Source: Anolis carolinensis (taxonomy: Eukaryota). From it: DNA of 64,000 bases. The notes under the pieces were generated by a model that was not told where the DNA came from, made no database searches, and saw nothing but the letters and a program-made list of their open reading frames with translations. How positions within the stretch are numbered: the first letter of the stretch is position 1; each line of letters begins with the position of its first letter. Shown here one piece after another: positions 61,870-64,000 of this stretch. Location of the stretch: the NCBI RefSeq assembly GCF_035594765.1, contig NC_085842.1:208641747-208705746 (forward strand). Direction: 5' to 3'. The position numbers were made by a program, and so were the translations under genes.

Positions 61870-64000
61870 ACTATTCTCGGCTGGGCCTTTAATAAACAAC
61901 AGCAGTGCGCCCTTTCCTACCTTCTGAAATCAGGTCCTAATGAGTCTCTCTCGAAGGCATTCTGAACGCCTGAAAGCCTTGGGTTGGTTTTCTGAACTTG
62001 TGTCAAAGGAAACTCTCTCACACTGCTACAGAGAAGCAGTCACTTGTTCAGTTCGATTTCTTTCGCTTGGGGTGATGTGTATTTTTCCTAGAATGCTTTG
62101 GTGGCAACCATCTCTTCTGCTAACAGCCGTGTGGGGAGCACTTCATAGGGACTTAGGCGGCCATAAAGGAGGGCGTTGGAACAGCCCCCTGTTTGATAGT
62201 AGGCGATCAAAATGGGCAATGGAAGCTTCCCAGAGGCCAAGGGGAGCTATATTCTTCTGTAACCGCCTTCAGACGGGGCTTGGGACAGAAATGCCCTCAA
62301 ATGCAGCCGTGGTGGGTGGACAATGAACAGGGTGTGCTTTGAAAATACACACCTGTCCTCCTTCCTGCATATCAACTCCTTTCCCTTCCAATCTGAACAG
62401 GAGGTAGCCTAGCTTATGTTCCTAAACGGCCAGTTAGTAAATTATGTATCACGATTTCCCCCACTTTTAGCTTCTGGAGTTTCTCTTTCCACCCTTTCTC
62501 TTTTTACCCCCCACCCCCCAATGCACACACAGTTCAGGAAGACTGGGAGGGGGAAATGTTCGAGTACGTTGTTTAATTGTAATTAAAATACAAACATTCC
62601 GCCAGGGTTAAATGGATGAGTTACGGGTTTCCAACCATAACTGCCAGCAGCTTCAACATGTAACTTATATTTATTGTGGCCTCGTATATCATTATCCAGA
62701 GATATAGTTTTATGTACTTCCTAATCTGTCGCCTTGATTTATTTTGATGGGCAAGGTACCAAACCAAACATTTTGGGACTTTAGTGAAAGACTAGTATTT
62801 CATTGCAAGCAGCCAACAGTCCTTATGCTAATGGCATTAACAATTTCTGGCTAATGCTGCCTTCCTCCTTGCCTTTCTTCCTTCTCTCTTTTCTATATCT
62901 TAAACACATAAAGAACCTTGGAAAACAGGGCACTTTTTATTGAAGAATTTCAGCAGTGTTTAACCAAAGGTAATGAGTCCCTGTTTCCAAAATCACTGTA
63001 TTTTATTTGGTTGTACATATATTTCTCTGACCAACATATATTTGTTACTGCTATTTGCTGTGAGTTATGGCAACCCCATCAAAGAGATACTTCTCATCTA
63101 TTACCCTGCTGGGGTCTTTCAGACTCAGTGCAGTGACTTACTCGACTGAATTAATCCAACTGTAGGGTAGTCTCTCTTTTCCCACTGCCTCTCACTATAC
63201 CTAGCTGTATTGTGTTTCCCAAGATCAGTCCAAGTAGGACAGCCTCAGTTTGATGATCTTTGCTTTTAGTGATAGTTCAAGATCCTCCACCAGTGTCACC
63301 CCCTCTTCATACACATATCGTATCGTTGCCACCCACAAACTATTTGGCACATTGAGTCTGATTCTTCAATAAAGGCCTTTCTGACAGTGGAGAGACTACC
63401 AGTAACATTGCTGCCAACAGCATTGTTTCTTGCTTCCCAGGAACACCCAACCCATCATCATGTCAAGGTAGTGCAAAGTGGGCCAACGCTTCTCTCACAG
63501 TCCTTTTTTTCAGCATAAGGCAATATGAAACCTTATTACTTCTCCTTTTTCCCCAAGAGGGAGAAATGAGGTGTTCTATTGTTTGTAATTTGTAATTATC
63601 TGCCCAAATATTTGTCCTTTTAAAATACATATACACATTAAATACAAATACCCCGTGGAACAACTTAGCTTGAGTGTAATAGTATGTATTGAACCCAATA
63701 CTTAGGTGTGGATACATATTAAAACAAAAGCGTTGGATGATAGTTTACAGTACAGTATTTCTCTTGTATAGTCACTGTGGTAAATGTAGGGCAGCATTAG
63801 TCCATCCAGTGGAGAAACACCCATACTTAAATACTTATTAATGCAACTGGATTGGATGAGGAAGAAGGAGAGATTATAGCCTCCCAGTTCATGTATGCTT
63901 CACAATATTATTGAGCCTAGGAATGTACCCATGCCTTTATCAGAAGGATCTTGAGAACAAGAAGGCTGTTTTGCTGGAACAACTTAAGGTTAGATTTCAC

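Noticed and set aside
57000-64000. HOXC3 coding sequence
   Set aside because: No Hox3-like N-terminus or homeobox is visible within the window.

Overview
This 64-kb window is the anterior part of a squamate (Anolis-like lizard) HoxC cluster, transcribed on the + strand. It holds the probable distal shared 5' non-coding exon of HOXC6/5/4 (1-763), HOXC6 (15781-17393, 2 exons, 236 aa), HOXC5 (21419-23137, 2 exons, 260 aa, with an expanded poly-Q/H tract), a mir-10 family hairpin (mir-10c position, ~52237-52318) and HOXC4 (start hidden in an N-run, ends 56839, with a 20-proline run). Two canonical DR5 retinoic-acid response elements flank HOXC4 (48041, 60624), and several Hox/Cdx/Pbx-site-rich non-coding elements are present. 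Unlike mammalian Hox clusters, the region is invaded by transposons: about 11 Penelope-like (PLE) fragments, about 11 palindromic MITEs with 3-bp TSDs, hAT and Tigger-type MITEs, CR1 and Vingi-like LINE ends, and a tRNA-type SINE. The most striking hidden structure is that the PLE pseudo-LTRs carry a minimal hammerhead-ribozyme motif (CCU-CUGANGA-U-stem II-GAAA-CG-UC-AGG). Three core-intact copies lie sense to Hox transcription between HOXC5 and HOXC4. A PLE-derived 45-bp fold-back with a UAG A·C mismatch also sits in the HOXC5 3' UTR. Orthology and repeat-family names come from recalled sequence knowledge, not database searches. Almost all short ORFs in the track are spurious.
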